From Candidatus Eiseniibacteriota bacterium (GTDB taxonomy: Bacteria; Eisenbacteria; RBG-16-71-46), in contig JACOSU010000081.1 in the NCBI GenBank assembly GCA_016178685.1, positions 722-64,721 on the forward strand: 64,000 nt of DNA, given 5' to 3'. A program made the translations under genes and the position numbers. Below the pieces are notes generated by a model. It made no database searches. It had not been told where the DNA came from and saw only the letters and a list, made by a program, of their open reading frames with translations. Shown here one piece after another: positions 56,030 to 64,000 of this stretch. Within the stretch, counting starts at the first letter, position 1. Every line of letters starts with the position of its first letter.

Positions 56030-59000
56030 TCACCCGCGCGTCGCGGCGGCCTCCGCCTGCAGCTCCTGAAGACTCACGACTTCGATCGCTCCCTCCCGCA
56101 GCTCCTCGATCGCATCGGCGGCCGCGGCCGCCCCCGCCAGCGTCGGGATGCAGGGCACGCGGTATTGCAGTGCCGCAGTGCGCAGACGCCAGCCATCGCG
56201 GAAGGACGAAGCGCCGAGCGGCGTGTTGACGAGCAGATGGATCTGCCCGCTGCGAATGGCGTCCACTCCGTTCGGGCGGCCCTCGCTGACCTTGAGCACC
56301 TCTTCGACCTCCAACCCCGCTGCGCGCAGTGAGGACGCGGTGCCTCGCGTGGCGGCGAGCTGGAAACCCAGGGCCGCGAGCCGGCGCGCGGTGGGCGCCA
56401 CGGCGGTCCGATCGCGCTGGTTGACGGTGATGAAGGCGGTCCCGCTCGCGGGAAGCCGGGTCCCCGCGGCGAGCTGGGCTTTGTAGAACGCCATCCCGAA
56501 CGTGCGCGCTACGCCCATGACTTCGCCGGTCGAGCGCATCTCGGGCGAAAGCCTCGGATCCACTCCCGGAAATTTGACGAACGGAAAGACCGGCGCCTTG
56601 ACGTAATAGCGGTCCACGGTGAGGTCGCGCGTGAGCCCCAGACCGGCCAGCGTCTTGCCCAGCATGAGCCGCGTCGCGATCTTGGCGAGAGGGACGCCGG
56701 TCGCCTTGGAAACGTAGGGAACGGTGCGCGAGGCGCGCGGGTTCACTTCGAGCACGTACAGCCGGCCATCGGCGATCGCGAACTGGAGATTGATCAGGCC
56801 CACCACCTTGAGCGCGTGCGCGATCGTGCGGGTCGTGCTCCGGATCTCGGCCAGGTGGCGCTCCGAGACCTTGTAGGTGGGCAGCACACAACACGAGTCT
56901 CCGCTGTGAACCCCGGCCTCCTCGATGTGCTCCATGATGCCGCCGATCACGCAGTCGTGTCCGTCGGCGAGGGCATCCACGTCCAGCTCGACGGCGTCCT
57001 CGAGGTAGCGGTCGATCAGGATCGCGCCGAGCGGGGCGGTCTCGAGCGCCTGCGTCATGTAATGGCGCAGATCGTCCTCGGAATAGACGATCGCCATGCC
57101 GCGACCGCCCAGCACGAATGAGGGCCGCAGCAGCAGCGGAAACCGGAGTTCGGCCGCGGCGGCTACGGCCTCCTCCAGGTTGCGAGCGATGGCGTGCTCC
57201 GGGTGCGTCAGACCCAGCGAGTCGAGGAACGTGGCGAAGCGCTCGCGGTCCTCCGCCAGATCCACCGAGTCGGGCGGCGTGCCGAGGATGGGCACCCCGG
57301 CGCGGTGGAGCGGCATGGTGAGATTCAGCGGCGTCTGCCCGCCGAACTGAACGATGACGCCATCCGGACGCTCGCGCTCCACGATCTCGAGCACGTCCTC
57401 GAGAGTGAGCGGCTCGAAATAGAGACGGTCGCTGGTGTCGTAATCGGTCGAGACGGTCTCGGGATTGCAGTTCACCATGATGCTCTCCACGCCCTCATCG
57501 CGCAGCGCGAACGAGGCGTGGCAGCAGCAGTAGTCGAACTCGATTCCCTGGCCGATGCGGTTGGGCCCGCTTCCCAGGATGATCACCTTGCGACCCGGGC
57601 GCGGGTCGCTTTCGTCCTCCTCCTCGTACGTCGAGTAGAGGTACGGAGTGAACGATTCGAACTCGGCAGCGCAGGTGTCCACGCGCTTGTAGACCGGCCG
57701 GATGCCGGCGGCGTGCCGCTGCGCTCGAACCGCGTCCTCGCCGCCGCCCGTCAGGTAGGCGATGCGACGGTCCGAGAATCCGTACTGCTTCGCGGTGCGA
57801 AGCCGCTCGGCGCTCAGGGATTCGAGCGGCCGGCCGCGGATCGCCCGCTGCAGCTCCGCGAACTGTTGCACCTGGTCCAGAAACCAGGGATCCACGTGGG
57901 TGAGCAGGTTGAGCTCCGCCACGCTCCAGCCCGCTTCCAGCGCGTGCACGATCAGGTGCAGGCGGTTTTCGCTGGGGGTCCCCAGCATGCGCGCCAGCTC
58001 GTCCCGGTTGCGGATCTCGGGCCGGAACGGCCGCACCGCCTCCAGCGAGCGCAGCGCCTTGAACAGCGATTCCTTGAACGTGCACCCGATCGCCATGACC
58101 TCCCCGACCGACTTCATCTGGGTGCCCAGTGTGACGTCGGCGCCCGGGAACTTCTCGAACGCGAATTTCGGAATCTTGGTGACCACGTAGTCGAGCGCGG
58201 GCTCGAAGGCCGCCGGCGTCTTGCGCGTGATGTCGTTGGGAATCTCGTCCAGCGTGTAGCCCACGGCGAGCCGTGCGGCGATCTTGGCGATCGGGAAGCC
58301 GGTGGCCTTGGAAGCGAGCGCCGATGAGCGCGAGACGCGCGGATTCATCTCGATCACCACCAGCCGGCCGTTCTCGGGATTCACGCCGAACTGCACGTTG
58401 GACCCGCCGGTATCCACGCGCACCGCCCGCATGATCGCGGTCGCCGCGTCGCGCATGCGCTGGTATTCCTTGTCGGTCAGGGTCTGGGCGGGCGCCACGG
58501 TGAGCGAGTCGCCGGTGTGCACTCCCATCGGATCGAAGTTCTCGATCGAACAAATGACGACCACGTTGTCGTTGAGATCACGCATGACCTCGAGCTCGTA
58601 TTCCTTCCAGCCCAGCAGCGACTCCTCGACCAGCACCTGCCCCGCAGGCGACAGATCGAGACCGCGGCGTACGATGGTCTCGCACTCCTCGTCGTTGTAC
58701 GCGATGCCGCCGCCGCTGCCGCCCAGGGTGAACGAGGGGCGCAGCACGACCGGGTAGCCGTTGCCTGAGGCGAACGCGAGGGCGGCGTCCACGCTCGAGA
58801 CCAGGACGCTCACCGGCACCTCGAGACCGATCTGCTGCATCGCGCGCTTGAACGCGTCCCGATCCTCGGCGATGCGGATCGCCTCGATGCTCGCGCCGAT
58901 CACCTCGACGCTGTAGCGCTCCAGCGCGCCGCACTGCGCCATCGCGAGCGTGAGGTTCAAGGCGGTCTGGCCGCCCACCGTGGGCAGCAAGGCGTCGGGC

Positions 59001-59245
59001 CGCTCGCGCGCGATGATCGCCTCGAGGTACTCGGGCGTGAGAGGCTCGACATAGGTCCGGTCCGCGAGTTCAGGGTCGGTCATGATGGTGGCCGGATTCG
59101 AATTCACGAGCACGACCTCGAACCCCTCGGCCTTCAGGGCCTTGATGGCCTGCGTGCCGGAGTAGTCGAACTCGCAGGCCTGGCCGATCACGATGGGACC
59201 GGAGCCCACGGTCAGGATCCGCTTCAAATCACGGCGACACGGCAT
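56030..59245 (-). CDS. carB: Carbamoyl-phosphate synthase large subunit.
   Basis: 1071 aa, with the two ATP-grasp halves ([24 protein letters not shown]... and [25 protein letters not shown]...) and the MGS-like C-terminus. Confidence 0.95.
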   Translation of the reverse strand: MPCRRDLKRILTVGSGPIVIGQACEFDYSGTQAIKALKAEGFEVVLVNSNPATIMTDPELADRTYVEPLTPEYLEAIIARERPDALLPTVGGQTALNLTLAMAQCGALERYSVEVIGASIEAIRIAEDRDAFKRAMQQIGLEVPVSVLVSSVDAALAFASGNGYPVVLRPSFTLGGSGGGIAYNDEECETIVRRGLDLSPAGQVLVEESLLGWKEYELEVMRDLNDNVVVICSIENFDPMGVHTGDSLTVAPAQTLTDKEYQRMRDAATAIMRAVRVDTGGSNVQFGVNPENGRLVVIEMNPRVSRSSALASKATGFPIAKIAARLAVGYTLDEIPNDITRKTPAAFEPALDYVVTKIPKFAFEKFPGADVTLGTQMKSVGEVMAIGCTFKESLFKALRSLEAVRPFRPEIRNRDELARMLGTPSENRLHLIVHALEAGWSVAELNLLTHVDPWFLDQVQQFAELQRAIRGRPLESLSAERLRTAKQYGFSDRRIAYLTGGGEDAVRAQRHAAGIRPVYKRVDTCAAEFESFTPYLYSTYEEEDESDPRPGRKVIILGSGPNRIGQGIEFDYCCCHASFALRDEGVESIMVNCNPETVSTDYDTSDRLYFEPLTLEDVLEIVERERPDGVIVQFGGQTPLNLTMPLHRAGVPILGTPPDSVDLAEDRERFATFLDSLGLTHPEHAIARNLEEAVAAAAELRFPLLLRPSFVLGGRGMAIVYSEDDLRHYMTQALETAPLGAILIDRYLEDAVELDVDALADGHDCVIGGIMEHIEEAGVHSGDSCCVLPTYKVSERHLAEIRSTTRTIAHALKVVGLINLQFAIADGRLYVLEVNPRASRTVPYVSKATGVPLAKIATRLMLGKTLAGLGLTRDLTVDRYYVKAPVFPFVKFPGVDPRLSPEMRSTGEVMGVARTFGMAFYKAQLAAGTRLPASGTAFITVNQRDRTAVAPTARRLAALGFQLAATRGTASSLRAAGLEVEEVLKVSEGRPNGVDAIRSGQIHLLVNTPLGASSFRDGWRLRTAALQYRVPCIPTLAGAAAAADAIEELREGAIEVVSLQELQAEAAATRG

Positions 59246-60423
59246 CAGCGCACCCCGCCCGCGTGCGCGCGCATCAGGTCGGCAAACCGTTCGAACAGGT
59301 AATGCGCGTCGTGCGGCCCCGGCGAGGCCTCGGGGTGGTATTGCACGCCGAACGCCGGCGCATTGCGCAAGCGCAGGCCTTCCAGCGTCTGGTCGTTCAG
59401 GTTGATGTGGGTGCGCTCGACTTCGCGATCGGGAAGCGAGTCGGGATCCACCGCGAACCCGTGATTGTGAGCCGTGATTTCGACTTTTCCGGTCGTCAGA
59501 TCCATCACCGGATGATTGCCGCCGCGGTGACCGAACTTGAGTTTATAGGTCCTGCCGCCGCAGGCGAGACCGAGGATCTGGTGCCCGAGACAGATGCCGA
59601 AGATCGGCACGCGTCCGAGCAGCGCGCGCACTGTCCGCACCGCGTAGGCGACGGGCTCGGGATCGCCGGGGCCATTGGAGAGCACCACGCCGTCGGGCTC
59701 GAGCTTGAGGAGATCCTCCGCGGCTGTGGTGGCCGGAACCACGGTCACGCGGCAGCCGACATCCACGATGCGGCGGAGAATGTTCCACTTGACGCCGTAG
59801 TCGTAGACCGCGACGTGGAACGCGCGCCCGGCGCCCCGGTCCCCCGCCTCCAGACCGGCTGCCGCGCGTCCGCCCAGCCGCGTTCGAGCGTCGTGCGGCG
59901 GGAGCCAGCTGCGCCGGTCCCAGCGGTATTCCTCGATCATGGTCACGGCGCTCGCGAGATCGCATCCCGCCATCGGCGTCACGGCGCGCGCCCGCGCGGC
60001 CAGCGCATCCACACCGTGGCCCTCGTTTCCGATCGCGCCGCGCTTCGCGCCATGCGTGCGCAGGTGGCGCACCAGCGCGCGGGTGTCGAAGTCGCAGAAC
60101 CCGGGGATCCCGCTCGCCGCCAGATATTCTTCGAGCGTGCGCTCGTGGCGCCAGTTGCTCGCGATGCGGCTCGGCTCCTTGACCACCAGCGCGGCGAGGA
60201 ACGGCTTCCGAGACTCGAAGTCTTCGGCAGCGATGCCGTAGTTGCCGATCATGGGATGCGTCATCACCACGATCTGGCCCGCGTAGGACGGGTCTCCCAG
60301 GATCTCCTGGTAGCCGCTCATCGACGTGTTGAACACCACCTCGCCCGCGGCATCGGACGGGGCTCCGAAACGCCGGCCGCGAAACGCGCGGCCATCTTCG
60401 AGCACCAGCAGGGAAGTCGACAT
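59245..60423 (-). CDS. carA: Carbamoyl-phosphate synthase small (glutamine amidotransferase) subunit.
   Basis: [26 protein letters not shown] and the GATase triad region [12 protein letters not shown]...HNHGFAV. A 1-nt stop/start overlap links it to carB. Confidence 0.95.
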   Translation of the reverse strand: MSTSLLVLEDGRAFRGRRFGAPSDAAGEVVFNTSMSGYQEILGDPSYAGQIVVMTHPMIGNYGIAAEDFESRKPFLAALVVKEPSRIASNWRHERTLEEYLAASGIPGFCDFDTRALVRHLRTHGAKRGAIGNEGHGVDALAARARAVTPMAGCDLASAVTMIEEYRWDRRSWLPPHDARTRLGGRAAAGLEAGDRGAGRAFHVAVYDYGVKWNILRRIVDVGCRVTVVPATTAAEDLLKLEPDGVVLSNGPGDPEPVAYAVRTVRALLGRVPIFGICLGHQILGLACGGRTYKLKFGHRGGNHPVMDLTTGKVEITAHNHGFAVDPDSLPDREVERTHINLNDQTLEGLRLRNAPAFGVQYHPEASPGPHDAHYLFERFADLMRAHAGGVR

Positions 60424-60444
60424 GGGAGAGTTCAGACGACCAGT

Positions 60445-61620
60445 CTACGGACTGCGCCCGCCGAGTTCAACGCCGAGCCCGGTGGTGTCGAGGCCTGCGA
60501 GCGTTCGCGCGAGGTATCGCTCCATCACGCTCGCGGCGACGGCGTGGCCGGCGCTGTTCCAGTGCCCGTACAAAGGGGATTTTCCGAACCAGAGCGGCGC
60601 GCCCAGTTCGCGGCTGGCGGCTCGAAAGGCGGGGCTGAGCGGCACCACGTCGAATCCATGGCGCGCTCCCACCGCCGTCAACCATCGCCGGGTCTTTTCC
60701 GGATCGAAGAACGGATCGCGGCCGAACGTGGCCAGCAGCGCCCGGTCCTCCTGCGGCGCGAAGCCGGACGCGAAAACGATGAACCGACGGTGGTCGCTCG
60801 CGACTTCGCGCGCGAATCGCGCGAGAATTTTCTCGGTCAGTCGGAAGGCCGGGATCGAATCCGCGGGCAGGCGCGCATCGAAGTTCCAGGCCGGAATGTA
60901 GCCGTCCCATGTCGCCCCGGTCGGCTGCCTGGGAGGCGAGAACCGGGCGCGAAGGGTCGCGAGGGCCCCACGCAACTGGGCCCACAGGACCGAACGGGAC
61001 TTGAGCCACAGCAGGCGCTCGCCCTTAAGAAACGCCGCCGTGTCCCTGAACGAGGTATCGAGCCCGAGGGAATCTCCCTGTTCCACGAAGAACGGGTGCT
61101 CCTGCTGGAGCGCGGACGGACGCCAGTCGTCCGCAGGATCGTTGAGGACGAAGAGGACGGCCACCAGGTCCGGATCGTAGCGCACGCCCCAGCGTTTGTA
61201 GGTCAGATACTCGGTGGTGGTCCCGTTCCCGTTCTGCCCGAGCGCGATCACCTCGAAGCGCTGTCCGGTCCGCGCGCGCTGGTTCAGCGCGCTCTCGAGT
61301 CGCCGGTGGAACGTGCTGTCGAGCGGCACCTGGAACGCCGCCACGAAGGAATCCCCCAGCAGGAGGATCCGGGTGGTGTGAGCGGGCTTCGCTTTCGGGT
61401 GCTCGACGTCACGCCACCCTTCGGAATTGAATCGCCCGGTCGAGCCCCCCTCGGTGATCCAGCGATAATGAGCGTGCGGAATGTATCGATAGCCGATCGT
61501 CGGGTCCGGCACCGTCTCGTAGGTGCCGAAGCCGGCCAGTCGCAGGATGGCCTCGAGCAGCAGCAGGCCCCCGGCCAGCCCGACCAGCATGACGACCAGC
61601 TTGCCCGCGAGATTTTTCAC
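60445..61620 (-). CDS. SGNH/GDSL-hydrolase-fold membrane-anchored protein. It is an inverted paralog of 54849..56024, with roughly 70% aa identity over the core.
   Basis: RILLLGDSFVAAFQVPLDSTFHRRLE, GQNGNGTTTEYLTYKRWG and HWNSAGHAVAASVMERY. GTG start at 61620 overlaps the M16 stop (GTGA). The track ORF 60445..62916 is a chimera. Confidence 0.6.
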   Translation of the reverse strand: MKNLAGKLVVMLVGLAGGLLLLEAILRLAGFGTYETVPDPTIGYRYIPHAHYRWITEGGSTGRFNSEGWRDVEHPKAKPAHTTRILLLGDSFVAAFQVPLDSTFHRRLESALNQRARTGQRFEVIALGQNGNGTTTEYLTYKRWGVRYDPDLVAVLFVLNDPADDWRPSALQQEHPFFVEQGDSLGLDTSFRDTAAFLKGERLLWLKSRSVLWAQLRGALATLRARFSPPRQPTGATWDGYIPAWNFDARLPADSIPAFRLTEKILARFAREVASDHRRFIVFASGFAPQEDRALLATFGRDPFFDPEKTRRWLTAVGARHGFDVVPLSPAFRAASRELGAPLWFGKSPLYGHWNSAGHAVAASVMERYLARTLAGLDTTGLGVELGGRSP

Positions 61621-62900
61621 CGCGACTCCGCCACCGGCCAGTCGGTCGCGGTGAGCGGGCCGTCCGGCGCCGGCCCCAGCGCCGCGAGCGCGAATGCGCC
61701 CGGATCGAGCAGCCGTTTCGCGACCGCGGCCACCTGATCGCGTGTGACGGCGCGCACGCGCTCCACCTGCTCCTCGGGCGTGACGTTGCGGCCGCAGTAG
61801 AGTTCTTCCTGGGCCAGGTGCGACATGCGGTTCGATACGCTTTCGGCTCCAATCATCACGCTGCCGCACAGCTGCTGCCGTCCCATCGCGACCTCTTCTT
61901 CGGACGGTCCCCGGTCGCCCAGCTTGAGCAATTCGTCGCGCACGCGATTCAGCGCTTCGCGCGCGCGCCCGGGTGAAACAGCGAGGTGGATCGACAGCAT
62001 TCCCGCGTCGCGGTGGAAATCGGGAACCGAGAACACCGAGTAGGCGAGCCCCGCCTCCTCTCGCACGCTCTGGAACAGGCGCGAACTCATGCCTCCACCG
62101 AGCAGCGTGTTCAGCACCACCAGCGGGAAGCGCTCCTCGTCCCGGTAGGCCATGCCGCGGGTCCCGAGCGAGAGGTACACCTGCTGGAGGTCGTCGCTCA
62201 CCTCGTGCCGCACGCTGGGCGCGTAGGCCGGCGGCAGGCCCGAGTGCGGCATCGGCTTCCCGGCCGGCGCGCCGTGGTGCGTCGTGACCAGATCGAGGAG
62301 CGCGTCGTGCTCCAGCGCGCCGGCCGCGGCCAGCACCAGCTGATCGCCGCGGTAGCGGCTCTCGAAATAGGCCCGCAGCGCCGCGACGTCGAGGCCATCC
62401 ACGGTTTCGACCCTTCCCAGAATCGGAAGGCCGAGCTCGTGCCCGCTCCAGACCTGCGCGGCCAACTGCTCGCTCACCTTGTCCTCGGGATTGTCCTCGG
62501 ACGCGAAGATCTCCTCGCGCACCACGGATTTCTCGCGCTCCACGTCGGGCGCGGCGAAGCGCGGACGCCCCACCAGATCGAACAGCACATCCACCACTTC
62601 GGGCAGATGCTCCGCGAGCGCGCGGGCGTAATAACAAACCTGCTCGCGGCCGGTGAACGCATCGAGGTGGCCGCCGAGCGACTCGAGGCTCTGCGCGATC
62701 GCCTTCGCGTCGCGCCGCTCGGTGCCCTTGAACATCATGTGTTCGATGAAGTGCGAGATTCCGAGCCGCTCGGCGGGCTCGTCCCGCGCCCCGTTGCGCA
62801 CCCAGATGCCGACCGACACCGAGCGCCGGTCCGGCATGGCCTCGGTCAGCACGCTGAGCCCGGAGGGCATCACGGTCTTCTGGAATGGGCCTGCGATCAT
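61617..62900 (-). CDS. M16 family zinc metallopeptidase (insulinase/pitrilysin-like, PqqL/YmxG type).
   Basis: Inverted zincin motif HFIEHMMFKGT plus the downstream E. 427 aa with two M16 halves. The conserved pnp-M16 gene order supports the call. Confidence 0.85.
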   Translation of the reverse strand: MIAGPFQKTVMPSGLSVLTEAMPDRRSVSVGIWVRNGARDEPAERLGISHFIEHMMFKGTERRDAKAIAQSLESLGGHLDAFTGREQVCYYARALAEHLPEVVDVLFDLVGRPRFAAPDVEREKSVVREEIFASEDNPEDKVSEQLAAQVWSGHELGLPILGRVETVDGLDVAALRAYFESRYRGDQLVLAAAGALEHDALLDLVTTHHGAPAGKPMPHSGLPPAYAPSVRHEVSDDLQQVYLSLGTRGMAYRDEERFPLVVLNTLLGGGMSSRLFQSVREEAGLAYSVFSVPDFHRDAGMLSIHLAVSPGRAREALNRVRDELLKLGDRGPSEEEVAMGRQQLCGSVMIGAESVSNRMSHLAQEELYCGRNVTPEEQVERVRAVTRDQVAAVAKRLLDPGAFALAALGPAPDGPLTATDWPVAESR

Positions 62901-62973
62901 CCGGTCTCCGGGGCAAAACGCCGAGTGGCAGGTCGCCCTGCCACTCGGTCCGCCACGATGCGAGGGTGCGAGG

Positions 62974-64000
62974 CTAGCGGCGACGGCCCCGATCGCGGTC
63001 TCCGCGATCGCGCTCTCCGCGTTCCCGGCCTCCGGAACCTGCTCCCGCTCCCGCGGGAACTCCGCCCTCGGGTTCCGGCAACAGCGCTTTGCGCGACAGC
63101 TTGATCTTGCCGTCGCGGTCCACGCCGATGACCTTGACCATGACCATGTCTCCGAGATTCAACACATCCTCGGTGCGCTCCACCCGATGATGCTCGATCT
63201 CGGAGATGTGCAGCAGTCCGTCCCGACCGGGCACGATCTCGACGAACGCGCCGAACGCCACCACGCTGCGCACCTTGCCCTGGTAGATCTTGCCTACCTC
63301 GGGATCCTCGGTGATGTTGCGGATCATCTCCTCCGCGCGCTTCCCGCCCTCGCCATTGACGGCGGCGATGCGCACCTCTCCGGTATCCTCGATGTCGATC
63401 TGCGTTCCGGTCTCCTCGGTGATGCGCTTGATGATCTTGCCGCCCGGGCCGATCACTTCGCGGATCTTGTCCGGGTGGATGTGCAGGATGATGATGCGCG
63501 GCGCGTACGGCGACATTTCGGCGCGCGCCTCGGGCAGGGCCTGCCGCATCAGGTTCAGGATGTGCATGCGCCCCTTCTTCGCCCGCTCGAGCGCGCTCAT
63601 CATGACCAGGAACGAGATGCCGCCGATCTTGGTGTCCATCTGGAACGCGGTCACGCCGTCGGTGGTGCCGGTGACCTTGAAGTCCATGTCGCCGAGATGA
63701 TCCTCGACGCCCAGGATGTCGGTCAGCACCGCGACTTTGTCGCCCTCCTTGATCAGGCCCATCGCGATGCCCGCGACCGGCGCCTTGATCGGGCAGCCCG
63801 CGTCCATCAGCGCCATCGAGCCGCCGCACACCGAAGCCATCGACGACGATCCGTTCGACTCGAGGATGTCGCTGACGATGCGGATGGTGTAGGGGAACGT
63901 CGTGTCGGCCGGGATCACCGGCTCGATCGAGCGCTCCGCCAGCGCGCCGTGTCCGATCTCACGCCGGCCGGGCCCGCGGATCGGGCGCACTTCGCCGACG
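62974..64000 (-). CDS. pnp: Polynucleotide phosphorylase, 3' (C-terminal) part. The gene continues beyond the right window edge.
   Basis: Second RNase PH domain ([15 protein letters not shown]), KH domain ([17 protein letters not shown]), S1 domain ([15 protein letters not shown]) and an Arg/Gly/Asp-rich tail. Confidence 0.9.
   Translation of the reverse strand, partial: VGEVRPIRGPGRREIGHGALAERSIEPVIPADTTFPYTIRIVSDILESNGSSSMASVCGGSMALMDAGCPIKAPVAGIAMGLIKEGDKVAVLTDILGVEDHLGDMDFKVTGTTDGVTAFQMDTKIGGISFLVMMSALERAKKGRMHILNLMRQALPEARAEMSPYAPRIIILHIHPDKIREVIGPGGKIIKRITEETGTQIDIEDTGEVRIAAVNGEGGKRAEEMIRNITEDPEVGKIYQGKVRSVVAFGAFVEIVPGRDGLLHISEIEHHRVERTEDVLNLGDMVMVKVIGVDRDGKIKLSRKALLPEPEGGVPAGAGAGSGGRERGERDRGDRDRGRRR

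Noticed and set aside
60445-62916. 823-aa ORF spanning the SGNH paralog and the M16 peptidase region.
   Set aside because: The upstream ~430 residues are Arg-rich off-frame translation over the real M16 peptidase gene (61617..62900, different frame). The SGNH gene starts at GTG 61620, overlapping the M16 stop.
1-64000. Search for an exosortase (EpsH), a PEP-CTERM substrate, CRISPR repeats, IS elements, integrases or tRNAs as island boundaries.
   Set aside because: I saw no 8-TM exosortase-like ORF with conserved Cys/Arg/Asn motifs and no PEP-CTERM tail. I also saw no direct repeat arrays, transposase or integrase-like ORFs, and no tRNA. GC content is uniformly high apart from a few intergenic regions, so there is no evidence of a mobile origin.

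Overview
This is a high-GC (~70%) bacterial window with no tRNA, rRNA, CRISPR array or obvious mobile element. Almost all of it, roughly 1..51100, is one densely packed surface polysaccharide / glycoconjugate biosynthesis island made of long operons. Many genes in those operons are linked by 4-nt ATGA/GTGA stop/start overlaps (1-nt at a few junctions).

Contents of the island:
- an initiating polyprenyl-phosphate sugar-phosphotransferase;
- two Wzx-type MOP flippases and a Wzy/O-antigen-ligase-like polymerase;
- a Wza(OPX)-Wzz(PCP)-tyrosine-kinase export trio;
- three GT4 and four DPM1/ArnC-like GT2 glycosyltransferases;
- at least five or six GT-C (ArnT/PMT-like) polytopic membrane glycosyltransferases, several placed beside the GT2 genes;
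- two GT2/DUF2304 small-membrane-protein modules, one also carrying a UPF0104 (LPG-synthase-TM-like) gene;
- sugar-modifying enzymes: a DegT aminotransferase, a SAM methyltransferase, a GMC oxidoreductase, an apparently frameshifted NAD-epimerase, an ADH/Gfo-Idh-MocA fusion oxidoreductase, a polysaccharide deacetylase, a FemAB-like protein and two hexapeptide acetyltransferases;
- an ACP / acyl-CoA dehydrogenase / AMP-adenylating enzyme cassette.

Several of these are families known from exosortase (PEP-CTERM) EPS loci: the FemAB-like protein, the deacetylase with an FDIEDWFH N-terminus, the AMP-ligase and the Wza/Wzz/kinase trio. No exosortase and no PEP-CTERM protein is visible in the window.

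The right end holds a class I aminotransferase and a NodU/CmcH-type carbamoyltransferase with two small membrane proteins upstream. Next to them carA-carB sits between two inverted SGNH-hydrolase paralogs, followed by an M16 peptidase and the 3' part of pnp.

Many long ORFs in the supplied track are Arg/Ala/Gly-rich antisense or off-frame artefacts of the high GC content and were rejected. Several track ORFs are chimeras of two real genes and were split.
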